Below, in pieces: positions 13,898 through 29,178 of a stretch of 64,000 nucleotides of DNA. The notes under the pieces were generated by a model that had not been told where the DNA came from, searched no databases, and worked only from the letters and a program-made list of their open reading frames with translations. The stretch's first letter is position 1, and every line of letters starts with the position of its first letter. The position numbers were made by a program, and so were the translations under genes. Source of the DNA: Eledone cirrhosa (lineage: Eukaryota); contig OZ024742.1 in the NCBI GenBank assembly GCA_964016885.1, positions 311,798,001-311,862,000 of the forward strand, written 5' to 3'.

Positions 13898-15293
13898 CAT
13901 CTATATTAAAACTGTTATACTCTGCTATGTATTGAGTACCTTACTTACTGTGGTTACCTCCGATTCAACCCGGAATAACGTATATATATATATATATATA
14001 TTGGTCAGCTGTTACAAAAACTGGAAACTACTAATAGTTTTCTATAAGCATATGAGGCTGGCTCAGTGTGTGTGTGTGAGGGCGTGCTTCCATCGCCTTT
14101 CTATTGCCTCTTTTACTAAAAGAAACGGGAAAGGGGTTAGAACCCCTTTCCCGTTTCTTTTAATTATACTTCATCATTTTACACCGGCTATCCCTCCATC
14201 ACTATTGCACCTATTATCCTTTAACATAATTATATTTAATTGTATGCAGGCTTATTTTTCTTTGCTTTGGATTGAAATATCTGGGGCGGTAGCTGAAGAA
14301 ATCGATATAATAAATACCAGTTTTAAAAGGTGGATCTTCGTGAATTATATTCTTAAAACAAAAGACGACCGAGCACATGTGCATAAGACATTCTTACTTA
14401 AAGTCAAATACATTTACATGTAATGAATAAACCTAGTCATGTAGAGAGGGGGTATGAAACTGTAGGCCACAAACGTCTTCTCTCAAGGACAAAAGTGACT
14501 AAAATTAACTGGCTGTTCTTTTAGCCTCAGGCAAACCCTAATCAAACAGAACTGTGCTAAAGACTTGTGATCAAAGGTGTTCAAATTAATCTTTAAAAAT
14601 GTATTTTTGAAGCACATTATTTAGTATATCCTACCAAGGGCGGTGGATTGGCAGCATCGGTAGGATGGCCTTGTGCCAAAAGTAGAAACAATTATTTAGT
14701 ATATCCTTCACTTTTTATGTCGATGACGTATAAGTTTAAAGAAATTTGGCTGCTATTTTAGCAGTTCAGCAAAACATTGACATTTTCATTACGATATTAC
14801 TAATGAAAGTTATTGCCTAAGATTTTCAAAGAATTTTGAAAATAATCAAGAATTTGGAGTGATTTTGTAGAAAAACTAACTTCATGATTAAGCTAAATTT
14901 GAAGTATAACTTAACAAAGGGTCTTGCATAAAATTATCATGGAAGGCATTTTTAGATAAATAGAAGCATAAATAGAAGCACGTTAAAACAAATAGTTTTC
15001 TATCGTAGAACCAGGAGCAGATTCGGGTGGTTTGGTATCAATAAATAATGGGTCTAGGCTATCAACTGTGAATGTAAACAAGGTCATAAAATTGGTACAC
15101 TGGGATTCGACTTCACGGTGCCTACCTCCCTTCGTGTATTTCATGAACAAACAAAAATGACAGATAATGTAGATCGTTATAGTAACTAATTTGGGACCTC
15201 ACTGATGTCGGTTCAAATTCCAATGGAGACGGCCTTGTCGGTCATCTCACTATAGTACCAGTGTGTCTATTTCTGTGTGTGTGACACAAACAG

Positions 15294-15354
<61 letters not shown>

Positions 15355-15436
15355 CATTTCGGGACCTCCACGGCTGAGCTCCTGCTAGATCTGAACTCTG
15401 GTAAGTAATGGTCTAACTGGTTTTTACCGCTCCTAT

Positions 15437-15509
<73 letters not shown>

Positions 15510-15512
<3 letters not shown>

Positions 15513-15689
15513 CGAAGGAGGAACCAGATGGACCATAACGCACCAGAGTACTCAATACTTAGGGTAGTAGAGTGGGTAATAGGAAACAGTATGACCCCGA
15601 CGGCAGAGCTCCAGCCGTTTCGACGGCTATTTCAGTCCAGAAATAGCCGTCGAAACGGCTTGACCTCTGACGTCGGGGTCATACTTTTT

Positions 15690-15694
<5 letters not shown>
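15510..15694. mobile_element. PLE tail island with fold-back 15579-15694 (3' half of a hammerhead in both arms)
   Basis: ataggaaacagtatgaccccgac...gctatttc / gaaatagc...gtcggggtcatactttttcctat. Confidence 0.7.
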
Positions 15695-15725
<31 letters not shown>

Positions 15726-16353
15726 AACATACACGGACATGGACACACACACACATGTATATATAGAGACAAAGCAAGGGATAGGCATATTAAAAAGAAG
15801 AGTGACGAACCGAAACAGGGGAGATAATTATGTGATCAGTGGTGTAGACTGCAATGCACCAAAAACGTACTCAATGCTATTCGTAGAGAGGAATAACATT
15901 TATTTAAAGCTACATAATCATGTATGGCTAATTGCACGAGCTTCTTCTTCATTCCCTTTTGCAGAAAGAGTTCCGTCATTTATTGAACAATGGGATTAAA
16001 CGTATATTTATTAAAAGTACGAGTGATTGGGCCTTCTCTGGTTATAAGCCTGTAGGTTAAAGAAGAGAGCAAAAGTAAGAAGGGAGCACTTGCACAACAC
16101 GCTCCTGAAGTTGAGGGTTGTTCTATCGACGGGGTATTAAACAACCCATTTGTGGCGCTTCCCCCCTATTGGGGATTTCGATTCTTATAATTGTTTGTTT
16201 TATATTTTTACACGATTGTATGTAAAATCCCCGGCATGTCTTTGTATTGTCCCCTTTTCTTGTGCGCCCTTGTGGAAAATAAAGAAATATATTTATCTGT
16301 CTGTCTGTCTCTCTCTCTCACTCTCTCTCTCTATATATATCTATATCTATATA

Positions 16354-16449
<96 letters not shown>

Positions 16450-16483
16450 CATATATATGCACATATATATATATATGTGTGTG

Positions 16484-16514
<31 letters not shown>

Positions 16515-16528
16515 ATATATATATATGA

Positions 16529-16575
<47 letters not shown>

Positions 16576-17056
16576 CATATATATATATAAATACATATAT
16601 ATATATATATACATACATTTATATATATATATATTTATATATATTTATTTATATATTTATTTATATATATATATATGTATGTGTGTGTGTATATGTATAT
16701 GTATGTATATATATATATATATATATAGACGTACACATACATACATTGAATTTCAAATTATTTCTTCTACCGTCAATAATAAGGAAGCTCCCAGTAATAT
16801 AGTAGAAGTATGTTCAATCGTCTTATACCATGGATCTCTAAATATTTTAGACAATCAAGACTTCCATAGAATTTTTTACCCTTTTCGATCTCAAGCATGT
16901 GCCAAAATAGATATGTAAACAGATAAATGAATAAATAAATAAAATAAATAAATAAATCAGCAAACAAAATATAAAATAAACAAACCTTACAGGTTAATTA
17001 TATACAAATCAGAAACTTGTGTAAGCAAGGTGTATTCTATTGTATTATTTAATGCA

Positions 17057-17487
17057 AGGGTAGAGCGGTGGATTAGCAGTATCGGTAGAGGGTCGGACAC
17101 CATGTTTTGCAGCATAGAGTTACGGCCCTTTATGATCTGAGTTCAGATCCCGCCGAGGTTAACTTTACCTTTCATCCATACGGAGTCGATAAAATAAAGT
17201 ACCAGTCACGCACTAGGGTCGATTTAATCGACTTTCCCCCCTCCCCAAAAATTGCTGGCCTTGTGCCTATACAAGAAACCATTATTTTATGCAAGGGCGG
17301 GGGATTGGCAGTATCGGTAGAGCGTCAGACACTATGCTTTGTAGCATAGAGTTATGACCGTTTACGTTCTGAGTTCCAATTCCGTCATTGTTAACTTTGC
17401 CTTTCATCCTTACGAGGCCGATAAAATAAAGTACCAGTAATGTACTGGGATAATTGCTGGCCTTGTGCCAAAAGTAGAAACAATTAT
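17057..17487 (+). mobile_element. Two head-to-tail tRNA-derived SINEs
   Basis: A-box-like tggcagtatcggtagagc, B-box gagttc..atcc, shared core and tail. Confidence 0.85.
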
Positions 17488-18211
17488 TTTATGCATTTCC
17501 ATATCTTATTCAAATGTTTGGCTTTTGCTCAGTTATGGGAAAACTGCGGCCTGTTTGGCTTTCTGAATGGCACGCCTAATTTCAAATTTGTCTTGAAATT
17601 TTTGTAGTGCGACCCGCCTTATGGTGAGTCACATCCTATAGTGCCCACTGCTCGAAGGGTTGCCCATGTTTGTTTTAGCTCAAAAGCCTAATTGATGTCC
17701 TGGATAGCCTCTTAGAACCCTAGAGTGCGATATTAACCCTTTTGAGAATCTCAGATGTATAAACGTGTGATTTTGGGTTAATCAAAAGCTTAATCAATTC
17801 CCTTAGTAGTCTCATAGAACTCTAGGGTACAATATTAACTATTTTGAGAATCCCCATGGCTATAAGCGTGTGATTTTAGGTCAACCAAAGAAATCCCAAA
17901 TGAGAAAGTATATTGAAATCTGTGAATCTCATTATTCGTTAATGAATCATTAATCTGTTACACGCCATAAAGTAATTAGAGAAGAGAAGAAGAAAATAAA
18001 ATACAGAGTGAAGAATTTAGTTCGTTGTATGAAGTGTTTAGTTCGTTGTATGAAGTATTTAGTTTCGTCTTTTTACATTCTGAGTTCAAATCCCACTGGG
18101 GTTTATTGCGGCATTCGTTTTTCCATAGTCGATAAATTAATATATCTGCAGTTAAATTGACCTTTTTGCCTATATAATACACACATACAAACACACACAC
18201 ACACACACACA

Positions 18212-18261
<50 letters not shown>

Positions 18262-18504
18262 CGGGTGCGTGTGTGTGTGTTTGGATATATATATATATAC
18301 ATATATATATAATATATATAAAGAGGTAGAAAAAGCTAGAAAGAGAGAGGGAGAGAAAGAAAGAGAGAAACAGAGGGAGAGAGAGGGAGAGAGAGACTAA
18401 GAGGGAAAGAGAATTAATTGATTGGTAGATTGAAAAACGTCCTGCAACTACCACATTCTTATATTTCGTATTATATATAAAAATAGTTTTCAATATTTTT
18501 ACCT

Positions 18505-19292
18505 GATTGGCAGTATCAGTAGAACGTTGGACAACATGCTTTATGGAATAGAGTTACGGCCCTTTACGACCTGAGTTCAAATCCTGCCGAGATTAGCTTT
18601 GCCTTTTATCCTTACAGGGTCGATAAAATAATGGACCAGTAATACACCGGAGTCGATCTAATCGACTTTTCTCTCCCCCTCCAAATTGCTGGCCTTGTGC
18701 CTAAAATAGAAACAAATATTTTTACCTGATTGGCAGTATCGGTAGAGCATTGAACAACATGCTTTATAGAATAGAGTTACGGCCCTTTACGATCTGAGTT
18801 CAAATTCTGTCGAGGTTAGCTTTGCCTTTCATCCTTACAGGGTTGATATAATCAACTTTCCTCTCCCCAAAATTGTAGGCCTTTTGCCTATATCAGAAAC
18901 CAGTAGTTTTACCTGCCACGCCCTGGACACTCTTCTGTCAGTTAATCTAAATTCCCAAACGTGTTGCCTTATAGAACATCTATTTGCTGAGGTTAACTTT
19001 GCCTTTCATCCTTACGGTGTCCATAAAATAAAATACCAGTAATGCACTGGGAGAAAATTGCTGGCCTTGTGCCAAAAGTAGAAACAATTATCATTATAGA
19101 GTGGTGGATTGTCGGTATCGGTAGAGGGTCGGATGCCATCCTTTGCAGCTTAGAGTTATAACCTTTTACGATCTGAGTTCAAATCCCGCCGAGGTTAACT
19201 TTGTCTTTCATCCTTACGGGGTCGATAAAATAAAGTACCAGTAATATACTGGAGGAAAATTGCTGGCCTTGTGCCAAAAGTAGAAACAATTA
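18505..19292 (+). mobile_element. Cluster of four tRNA-derived SINE copies
   Basis: Consensus repeated at about 18505, 18726, 18985 and 19097. Confidence 0.85.
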
Positions 19293-19635
19293 TCATTATC
19301 GAGTGGGCAATTTAAGAGGCTTCTTGGCAAAGACATATCAGCAGTACTGGGTTTACATATAAACAGGGTGGGCTGCAGTCTGGGGACACATATTCCAGAG
19401 GGTTTTTCTCACTTTAAATATATATTAACATATATATTAAATGTAAGTATGTATACGGACGTACAGTAGTATGTATATACATACATACATGCACACATAT
19501 ATATATATATGTACGTATGGGTTTACCGAACATTTATTATAATGCTCGGTTTGTTTGTAAACAAACAGCCCAAATTATTAGCCATACAGTGTTCGGCATC
19601 CATCGCTGCCCTATTTGTTCAACACAGACAAAGGA

Positions 19636-19678
19636 ACGATGAACTAGTTTCTAGCTTATTAGCTGTCATCAGCACCGT
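19636..19678 (-). ncRNA. Minimal type I hammerhead ribozyme
   Basis: Minus strand: acggtg CTGATGA c-agct-aata-agct-a GAAA ctag TT catcgt. 6-bp stem I; palindromic stem III ACUAGU; C.A mismatch closes stem II. Confidence 0.7.
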
Positions 19679-19780
19679 ATACCTTCCTGTCAGTTGATTG
19701 AACGTTTGAACATATATATTGAAATTGGTTAAAGATTTTCGTCTAAACTTAAAATACTATAGTTGTTATTAAATACAGTA

Positions 19781-20310
19781 TGTGTAAGTCTGTCTATGTG
19801 TAAGTCTGTCTATGTGTAAGTCTGTCTATGTGTAAGTCTGTCTGTGTGTAAGTCTGTCTATATGTAAGTCTGTCTGTGTGTAAGTCTGTCTGTGTGTAAG
19901 TCTGTCTGTGTGTCAGTTTGTGTGCGTGTGGATGTAAGTATGTGTGTGCGTAAGTTTGTGTGAGTATGTGCGTGTAAGTTTGTGTGTGTTTAAGTCTGTG
20001 TGTGTAAGTATGTGCGTGTGTGTGTGTGTGTAAGTTTTTGTGCGTGTGTAATTATGCGTGTGTAAGTATGTGTGTGTGTTTTCTGCGTGTGTGTTTAAGT
20101 GTGTGTGTAAGTCTGCGCCTGTAGGTGTAAGTTTGCGTGTGTGTATTAGTCTGCGTGAGTGTGTGTAAGTATGCGCGCTTATGTAAGTGTTTATATGTAT
20201 GTGTATGTGAGTGTATACGTCTGCGTGAGTGTGTGTGAGTATGCGCGCGTGTGTAAGTGTTTATATGTATGTGTGTGTGAGTATATATGTGTGTGTGAGT
20301 GTGCGTGTGA
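19781..20310. repeat. 14-16-bp minisatellite (tgtgtaagtctgtcta) decaying into a TG-rich repeat
   Basis: Direct reading. Confidence 0.85.
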
Positions 20311-20455
20311 CAATAAGATAAAGTGTTTTAAAAAACATGACAGTAGCATAATCATGTTTCACTAAATAGGTTCTAAAGCAGTAACACTAACGAATGTTTG
20401 GGATGGTTCCAGCACCAACCATCTTTATCATTTCGTTTTTTTTTTCTTTTAGATA

Positions 20456-20606
20456 TAATTGTTTCTATCATACTTTAGGCACAAGGCCAGCTATTTGAAG
20501 GGGAGGGGAGAAAGTCGATTAAATCCACCTCAGTACATTACTGGTACTTTATTTTATCGACCCCCGTAAGGATGAAAGGCAAAGTTAACCTCGGCTGGAT
20601 TTGAAC
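20456..20606 (-). mobile_element. tRNA-derived SINE, 5'-truncated
   Basis: Reverse complement of the SINE core and tail. Confidence 0.8.
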
Positions 20607-22578
20607 ATACACATATATTTACACACACTCCCACACGCATACACATACTTACACACACTCCCCCCCACACACATATACTTACACCCGTCACACATACTTA
20701 CACCCCTCCACACATGCACATACACATACACACACGCATACATACACACACATACAAACACACACATACTTTCACACACAGACTTACACACACTCCCACA
20801 CGTACACCAACACACACACACACATACTTACACACACACAAAAATTTACACACACACACACACACACATATACTTACACACACTCCCACACATACACCAA
20901 CACACATACTTACACACACTCCTACACGTACACACACGCACACACCAACACACCCACATACACACACTCCCACACGTACACCAACACACACCAACACCAA
21001 CACACACCAACACACACACACTTACTTACACACACTCCCACACGTACACCAACACACACCAACAACAACACACACCAACACCCACCAACACCAACACACA
21101 CCAACACACACACACTCCCATACCAACACCAACACACACACATACTTACACACACTCCCACACCAACACCAACACACACCAACACACACACACACACACA
21201 CACTCCCACACCAACACCAACACACACCAACACACACACACACACACACACACTCCCACACCAACACCAACACACACACACTCCCACACCAACACCAACA
21301 CACACCAACACATACACACTCCCACACCAACACCAACACACACACACTCCCACACCAACACCAACACACACCAACACACACTCCCACACCAACACCAACA
21401 CACACCAACACACACACACTCCCACACCAACACCAACACACACACTCCCACACCAACACACACACACACACTTACACACACTCCCACACCAACACCAACA
21501 CACACACACACACTTACACACACTCCCACACGTACACCAACACACATACTTACACTATGTTTCACGTTCATCTCAGCCAGTCTTACAACTTTCTCGTCCG
21601 ATGTCTTCTTTTCATTTTCTTCAACTTTTACCAATTCTTGTCATTCCCCCTTCCTTTCTCTATTGTCTTTCTTTTCTCACCTTTTTCTTTCTTTCTTTCT
21701 TTCATTCTTTCTTTTCATATATCCATCCATCCATTCTGCCTGTCTTTCATTTCACCACCACCACCACCACCACCACCACCATCACCATCACCATCACCAG
21801 CACCAGCACCACCCCCACTATCACCAACACCACCACCACTATCACCACAACCAACACCACCACCACCATCACCACTATCATCACCACCACCACACCACAG
21901 CCACCACCACCACCACCACCACCACCACCACAACAACAACAACAACAACAGCAACAACAACGAACACCACTACCACCACCACCACAACCACCAACACAAC
22001 CACTATCACCGCCAACACCACCACCACGACCACCACGACCACCACAACAACAACCACCCCCACCCCCACCACACCACCACGAACACCACCACTATCACCA
22101 TCACCACCACCGCCACCACCATTACTTTTTCTCTCAGTCGTCTGTAGGTACGGAATAAAGGCCGCTAGTAATGGACACTCGTCGATAATGTTCGCTTTAC
22201 AGACAAAGATTTCTGGAAAAGCTGCCATATTTGGCATTCAATGATGTTATTTATAACTTCATTGCTCCACCTCCAATATCCGCCTTCCATTTATTTCTTA
22301 TAAAAAAAAAAGTAAAAATAGTCGCCCACGACAACAACAACAACCACCACCACCATCGCCATCACCACCACCACCACTACCATCACCACTACCATCACCA
22401 CCACCACCACCACCACCACCACCACCACCATCACCACCACCACCACCACCACCACTACCACCATCACCACCACCACCACCACCACCACTACCACCACCAC
22501 TATCACCACCACCACCACCACCATCACCACCACCACCACCACCACTACCACCACCACCACCACTACCACCATCACCAT
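20607..22578. repeat. CA-rich minisatellite followed by (CAC)n/(CAA)n tracts
   Basis: Units such as cacactcccacaccaacaccaa; (CAC)n at 21753-22120 and 22330-22578. Confidence 0.9.
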
Positions 22579-22614
22579 ATATATATGTGTGTGTATATAT
22601 ATATGTATATATAT

Positions 22615-22646
<32 letters not shown>

Positions 22647-22649
22647 GTA

Positions 22650-22761
<112 letters not shown>

Positions 22762-22948
22762 TATATATATATATACACACACAGACATATATGTATGTTT
22801 ATGTATGTATGTATGTATGTTTCCTTGTGTGTTTGAACGTGAAGGTTTAATCTACTTATTTATTGATATAGATTTAGATGCTTATTTATGAGTGTATACT
22901 TTCACTTACAAAAAAACACAGAGGTACACACACACACGTACAGACACA

Positions 22949-23028
<80 letters not shown>

Positions 23029-23209
23029 CATACGAATGTGTGTCACGATGAATGAACTCATATAAATATGACATATTCAAAATAAATCCATACAGATGCA
23101 GTTTGTAGGGGCGTATGTATATACCTATCAACACATGCATATATACACGCATACATATATATATATATATATACTTATATACATGCATACATTTATATAT
23201 CTATCTATA

Positions 23210-23279
<70 letters not shown>

Positions 23280-23346
23280 CATTATATGCGTCTTTATATA
23301 TTATACGCATAAGTGCGTGTGTGTGTATGTATTTATGTTTGCACGT

Positions 23347-23510
<164 letters not shown>

Positions 23511-23825
23511 TATATGTTCTACTCTAGCAATGCTTCTCTTCCTGCCACGACCCTGTGAACAATTTGCACGGCAACCATTACTCTGAATGTCTTCTCGACT
23601 CCTTGCAGCCATGACATGTGAAAGCAGACGTCAGCTAACATACATTTGCGTTCGAAATAAAAAGAAAACGCGCTCGAATAAATCCAGCGAATGCAAAGCG
23701 AAGGTGAGGTTGGTGGGAAATGCACAAGAGACATACAGCAATAAAATACTTGGGAAATTTTAAATATTTCTAACTAATTTGAGAATGGGACGGCGATAAG
23801 TAGCAGGAGACAGGAAGAGAGATAG

Positions 23826-23904
<79 letters not shown>

Positions 23905-24572
23905 TAGGGATGAGTGTGTGAGTAAGAGACAAAGGGAGTGAAAGTGGGACCAATATTGTAGCCATCTTGATTTTCAAAGTCATATTTTATTTTGATTTTT
24001 CGCATTTTTCTTTTTTATTTCTAATCCTTTGTATTTTGATTTTGTTTCTTTCATTCAACCTTTCTTTCTTTCTTTCCTACCTTCCCTCTTTCTTTCTTTA
24101 TGCATTTTTATTTTTCACATTGATCACAAAATCTGTGGAGATGCAGTATCTCAGAACCTATAAATAATATCACTGCAATGCACGATAATATAATCCTCTG
24201 TAATTATAATACTGTGTAGTATCTAATAGTCACTTTTATTTATTTATCGATCTATTTATTTATTATTTATTTATACAACTGTTTACATTTGTGTGAGACG
24301 GTTAGAGTATATTTTTTATTGACCATGGAGCAATGGAAAAATTGATATTATCAGGATTTGAACTCAGAATGTAGAAAGATGGAATTATATAATTACAAAA
24401 AGGCCCTTGGTTTATTTTTCCACACTTTCTGGTCCCCAATCATCTCAATATAGCATGTTATATGGTATTGTATGATATGCTATAATTTAATATCATATTA
24501 TATTAGTATACATGTTGCATCTAATAGCATTGGGCAGACACATACTCCTTTCCATTTCCCTCACGCTCTCTT

Positions 24573-24681
<109 letters not shown>

Positions 24682-24791
24682 TGGCAAAAGGAAAAGAAAA
24701 TGCTGACAAATTGTTCCCAGTGAAAAATAGTTTAATTAGGAATAAGTAAAAATTAGTAATAGTATTGGTTAGTATTCAGTTTTGGTTTTAA

Positions 24792-24977
24792 GTTTATGAT
24801 AGACATAGCTTTGCTGGAAATACCAGTGTCGGGATGGACTTGTTTCATTACTTTGTAAATATAGATGGAGTAGCTTTCCTTCCTCTTCCTCTTCTTTTTC
24901 TTATCTCCGGTACATTGAGGTTTAGCCTTAGCAGCCTTCTTCGCTTCTTTCGACGGTGCTACTGGTGCGGGCGGCAT
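24792..24977 (-). pseudogene. H2B: Truncated histone H2B fragment (first 62 codons)
   Basis: [19 protein letters not shown]...[36 protein letters not shown]; similarity stops there and the C-terminal half is absent. Confidence 0.9.
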
Positions 24978-25109
24978 GATTAACTATCAGTAGACAAATT
25001 TGTCAGCATTTTCTTTTCCTTTTACCAATATATCATAACTCGTGTGTTACACCTCTATTCTTTTAAATATATATATATATATATATATGAATATATATAT
25101 ATCTATATA

Positions 25110-25255
<146 letters not shown>

Positions 25256-25350
25256 GAGAAGAAAGAAGAATACTGCGTGGTTGCACATGAGTTACATATG
25301 ATAAAAATAGTTCTTCGTCAGTGATTTTCCAACCATCATTGATATTTCAT

Positions 25351-25393
<43 letters not shown>

Positions 25394-25483
25394 TAAGTTG
25401 TTAAACAATATTCGATGATTATGTCAAAGAATGAGTTTTACAGTAGATTGGAAGCACTCAACGGTAAAATAATTTTCAGGAGT

Positions 25484-25801
25484 TATTAATATTAAAATAT
25501 AAGTATTAATAAAATAGATGTTCTTTTGATCAATTACATTTTATTATACATATTTCGGATGTACAACAGAACGTCCTCATCAAACAAAATATAATGATAC
25601 ATGACATACCCTGAGATGTTAAATGGTTAAGATTTAATCAAGGTAGATTAAATCTTAACCATTTAACATCTCAGGGTATGTCATGTATCATTATATTTTT
25701 TCTGATGAGGACGTACTGTTGTACATCCGAAATATGTATAATAAAATGTAATTGATCAAAAGAACATCTATTTTATTAATACTTATATTTTAACATTAAT
25801 A
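25484..25801. mobile_element. Near-perfect 318-bp palindrome (fold-back PLE pLTR)
   Basis: 156-bp arms with loop aaggta at 25640-25645; ends in (TA)n. Confidence 0.85.
25690..25752 (+). ncRNA. Type I hammerhead ribozyme
   Basis: attatatttttt CTGATGA gga-c-gtac-tgtt-gtac-a-tcc GAAA tatgta TA ataaaatgtaat; the mirror-arm copy has TTGATGA. Confidence 0.75.
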
Positions 25802-25891
25802 TATATATATATAAGAAAAAAAAATGGAAAATGAAACTGGAGTCTTTTAAGAAATTTTATTTACTTTACCGGTTTCGCAGTTCTTGTGATT

Positions 25892-25981
<90 letters not shown>

Positions 25982-26748
25982 GATAAACTTAAATTTAAAT
26001 AGTACATTTATTCACGAAAAAATGTCACGTACAAAATTTCTGACATCGCCTGTATTTACAATTTACATACAGACCTTTTGTGCCCGACGTAAGGACAACT
26101 ACTTGCACACTTACATACGTCCCCCACCCCACTCATTTACACATATTGCTTTGGTTTGAAAGTTAAAAAACGAGATCAGTTCTTTTGCCCCTCTCAGGTC
26201 TACATGCAAGTCGGTTACCTAGTTGTCTTAATAGTAGTGCCTGCTCAGCAAATACTGAATATATCAGGGTATGAAGGTGTTCATGACGTAGAGAACTCGT
26301 TCTTATACACTGCACGAACATCCGTAGCCTCAGACAAACGCAACCAACTAGAACATTGAAAAATGAAGCAATAAAATACTGCTGCGGACAATCCATAGCC
26401 GACTGCAGAATGTTCACTCTATCCTATGCCCGAGTTACCTGCACACACAATTCATTTAATGCTAAAGGAACTTCCCTAATTATAACATTCTTTCATCAAA
26501 ACATCGTATTTCTTTAAGTAGGATAAGGATATAAGAATGGAAGTATTTAGAAAAAGAAATATTTTAGCACAATAGTTTCAAAATATGATAACAGCATAGA
26601 AATTAAATCGGAATAGTGAGAAACAGTATCCATCATAATCAATATAATTGATAGGAAAAGCGAAATTTATAAATATCTACATTTTTATTTGGAAATGTTC
26701 CCATTAAAATCCAGATTTTATCGTCTTCTTACATGCGTTACACTCCCT

Positions 26749-26808
<60 letters not shown>

Positions 26809-27144
26809 ATTTTACAAGTTTTAAAATAGTAAGACTATTAATCAGCAGAGTACTCGATACTTGGGATAGTAGAGTTTAAATGTATTAGAAAGTCAGGCAA
26901 AACGGTTAAGTTCTTGCCGTCTAATATATATATATATATATGAATTGAACAGTAAATATTTAAAAATGTAATAACAATGATGGCGAGGTAATACATTTCT
27001 TTATAGGTCCTTAAATTTTGGGATAAAATTCCTTCAAAAGATTAATAGAAAAAAAACTTTTCACAGTTGTATATTTTATATACAGCTCCGATCTAATTCC
27101 GTCCATTGTTGTTCTTAATGAATCCATATTCTCTTTAATAGAAC

Positions 27145-27282
27145 CAGACCTGCCAACCTAAACGGGGAGTACCATGAAAAACTGTCCCAAAACGGGGAGA
27201 AATGAGGCAAAATGGGGAGATTTTATATAATGAAAGCTATACCCATTTTCACAAGAGAAGACGGGGAGAGTTGACAGGTCTA
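27145..27282. mobile_element. MITE with TIR cagacctgccaac / gttgacaggtct
   Basis: Flanking duplication (a)atagaac; homologous copy at 54839-55011. Confidence 0.75.
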
Positions 27283-27469
27283 ATAGAACACTATCAGTTT
27301 TCTAGTGAACAGTTATTTTTTAAGAAAGAAATTAACTGGCTTTCTACTAAGTTTATATCATTCTAGTATCCCATGCATTGTGTAACAGGTTCCTGTTGGT
27401 TATGAATAGCATCCTTCATAATTTTATTATGTAAATGACATCTAGCTAATTTTTGCATATTAAATAAAG

Positions 27470-27660
27470 ACGCAGTGGATTGGCAGTATTGGTAAAGCGT
27501 CAGACACCATGATTTGCAGCATAGAGTTATGGCCCTTTACATTCTGAGTTCAAATCCCGCAGATGTTAACTTTGTCTTTCATCCTTACGGGGTCGATAAA
27601 ACAAAGCATTAGTAATGCACTGGGGTAATTATTGGCCTTGTGCCAAAAGTAGAAACAATT
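27470..27660 (+). mobile_element. tRNA-derived SINE
   Basis: Full consensus. Confidence 0.85.
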
Positions 27661-27794
27661 AGATAAAGACATGGGATTAAGTGAAAGTGAAATACTTTTA
27701 TTTTATTTGAGACTACTATTGAACAAAGAATTTTCTTAAATCCTTTAATTCTTAAAATAAATTTAATGTTGAATGGAAACAGAATGTCAGTGGG

Positions 27795-28126
27795 TAAAGG
27801 AATTCTATGTGTCTAACACCCATGAACATGCTTATAAAATCAAAAAACAGTACAGCTGCCATGACTTTCGGAAACATATTTTCACACTCAGAATTGCTGA
27901 AGCATGGAACAAACTATCTGCATCAGTTGTTAGCTGTCGGGATACTGCATCCTGAAATTCCTCAACGTTCCACCTGATATTCTCCCTCCATACACACACG
28001 CATGTATTTGTGTGTATATCATGACTCATACACTGTTCACTTTCCTGACATTTGTACATTATTCTATGTACTATACATGCACCTTTGATGAATTGTAGTG
28101 CACCTGAGCACTGTATACAATAATTT
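27795..28126 (+). mobile_element. CR1-like LINE 3' fragment
   Basis: THEHAYKIKKQYSCHDFRKHIFTLRIAEAWNKLSASVV matches the TRGH..K...R..FF..R....WN.LP C-terminus of CR1-group ORF2. Confidence 0.7.
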
Positions 28127-28129
28127 TCA

Positions 28130-28545
28130 TTTTGGCAGTATCGGTAGAGGGTCGGACGCCATGCTTTGCAGCAAATAGTTACGGCCCTTTATGATCTGAG
28201 TTCAAATCCCGCCGAGGTTAACTTTGCCTTTCATCCTTACGGGGTCGATAAAATAAAGTACCAGTAATACAGCGGGTTAATTGCTGGCCTTGTGCCTAAC
28301 GTAGAAACAATTATTATTAATAGACAGACAGACAGACAGACAGATAGACCAACTGACAGACAAGCTGACAGATAAACAGATAGACCGACTGACAGACAGA
28401 TAGACCGACTGACAAACAAGCTGACAGACAGACAGATAGACCGACTGAGAGACAAGCTGACAGACAGATACACCGACTGACAGACAAGCAGACAGACAGA
28501 CAAGCTGACAGACAGACAGATAGACCGACTGACAGATACACAGAT
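28130..28545 (+). mobile_element. tRNA-derived SINE followed by a (GACA)n-derived repeat
   Basis: SINE 28130-28315; repeat 28320-28545. Confidence 0.8.
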
Positions 28546-28989
28546 AACGTAAGTCGTGGTAGTGGTGTGGGATGCGGTGTCATTGGTGTCAATACTAGTA
28601 AATGGAGAGATAATATATATTGAGAGAATACAAGATAGAGATAAAGAGAGCGGTGGTGGCGGTTGTTATTAAAATGGCCGGATTGTTGACTGTTGGTGTC
28701 GGTGGCAGTGTCACTGTCATCAAACCTACATTGAGAACATTAAATAAATAAATAAAAATTGGAAGTATTTCCTGTGTATAACATAAAAATAAAACATGTT
28801 TTACACTTTAGTAGCGGGGTGAATGTTTAGACATGATCTCAAAATTAGCATTTTTACTAAACATTAAATGATTTTTTTTTTTCTCAAGAACTGTTTTGAA
28901 ATTCAAATTTTATTTTTGTTGACAAATATATTTAAAAAAATGTATTATGGAGCATGTCTTTTCTGACGCCAGCAATAATTTTTGTAATA

Positions 28990-29178
28990 TAATTGTTTCT
29001 ACTTTTGGCACAAGGCCAGCAATTATCACAGTGCATTACTGGTACTTTATTTTATCGACCCCGTAAGGATGAAAGGCAAAATTAACCTCGGCGGGATTTG
29101 AACTCAGAACATAAAGGGCCATAACTCTATGCTGCAAAGGATGGCATCCGACTCTCTACCGATAGTGACAATCCACTA
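28990..29178 (-). mobile_element. tRNA-derived SINE
   Basis: Reverse complement of the consensus. Confidence 0.85.

Noticed and set aside
24753-24977. Functional H2B gene
   Set aside because: The histone fold is truncated after about 62 codons.
26163-26440. Possible exon in unique sequence
   Set aside because: No recognisable protein similarity or consistent splice partners.
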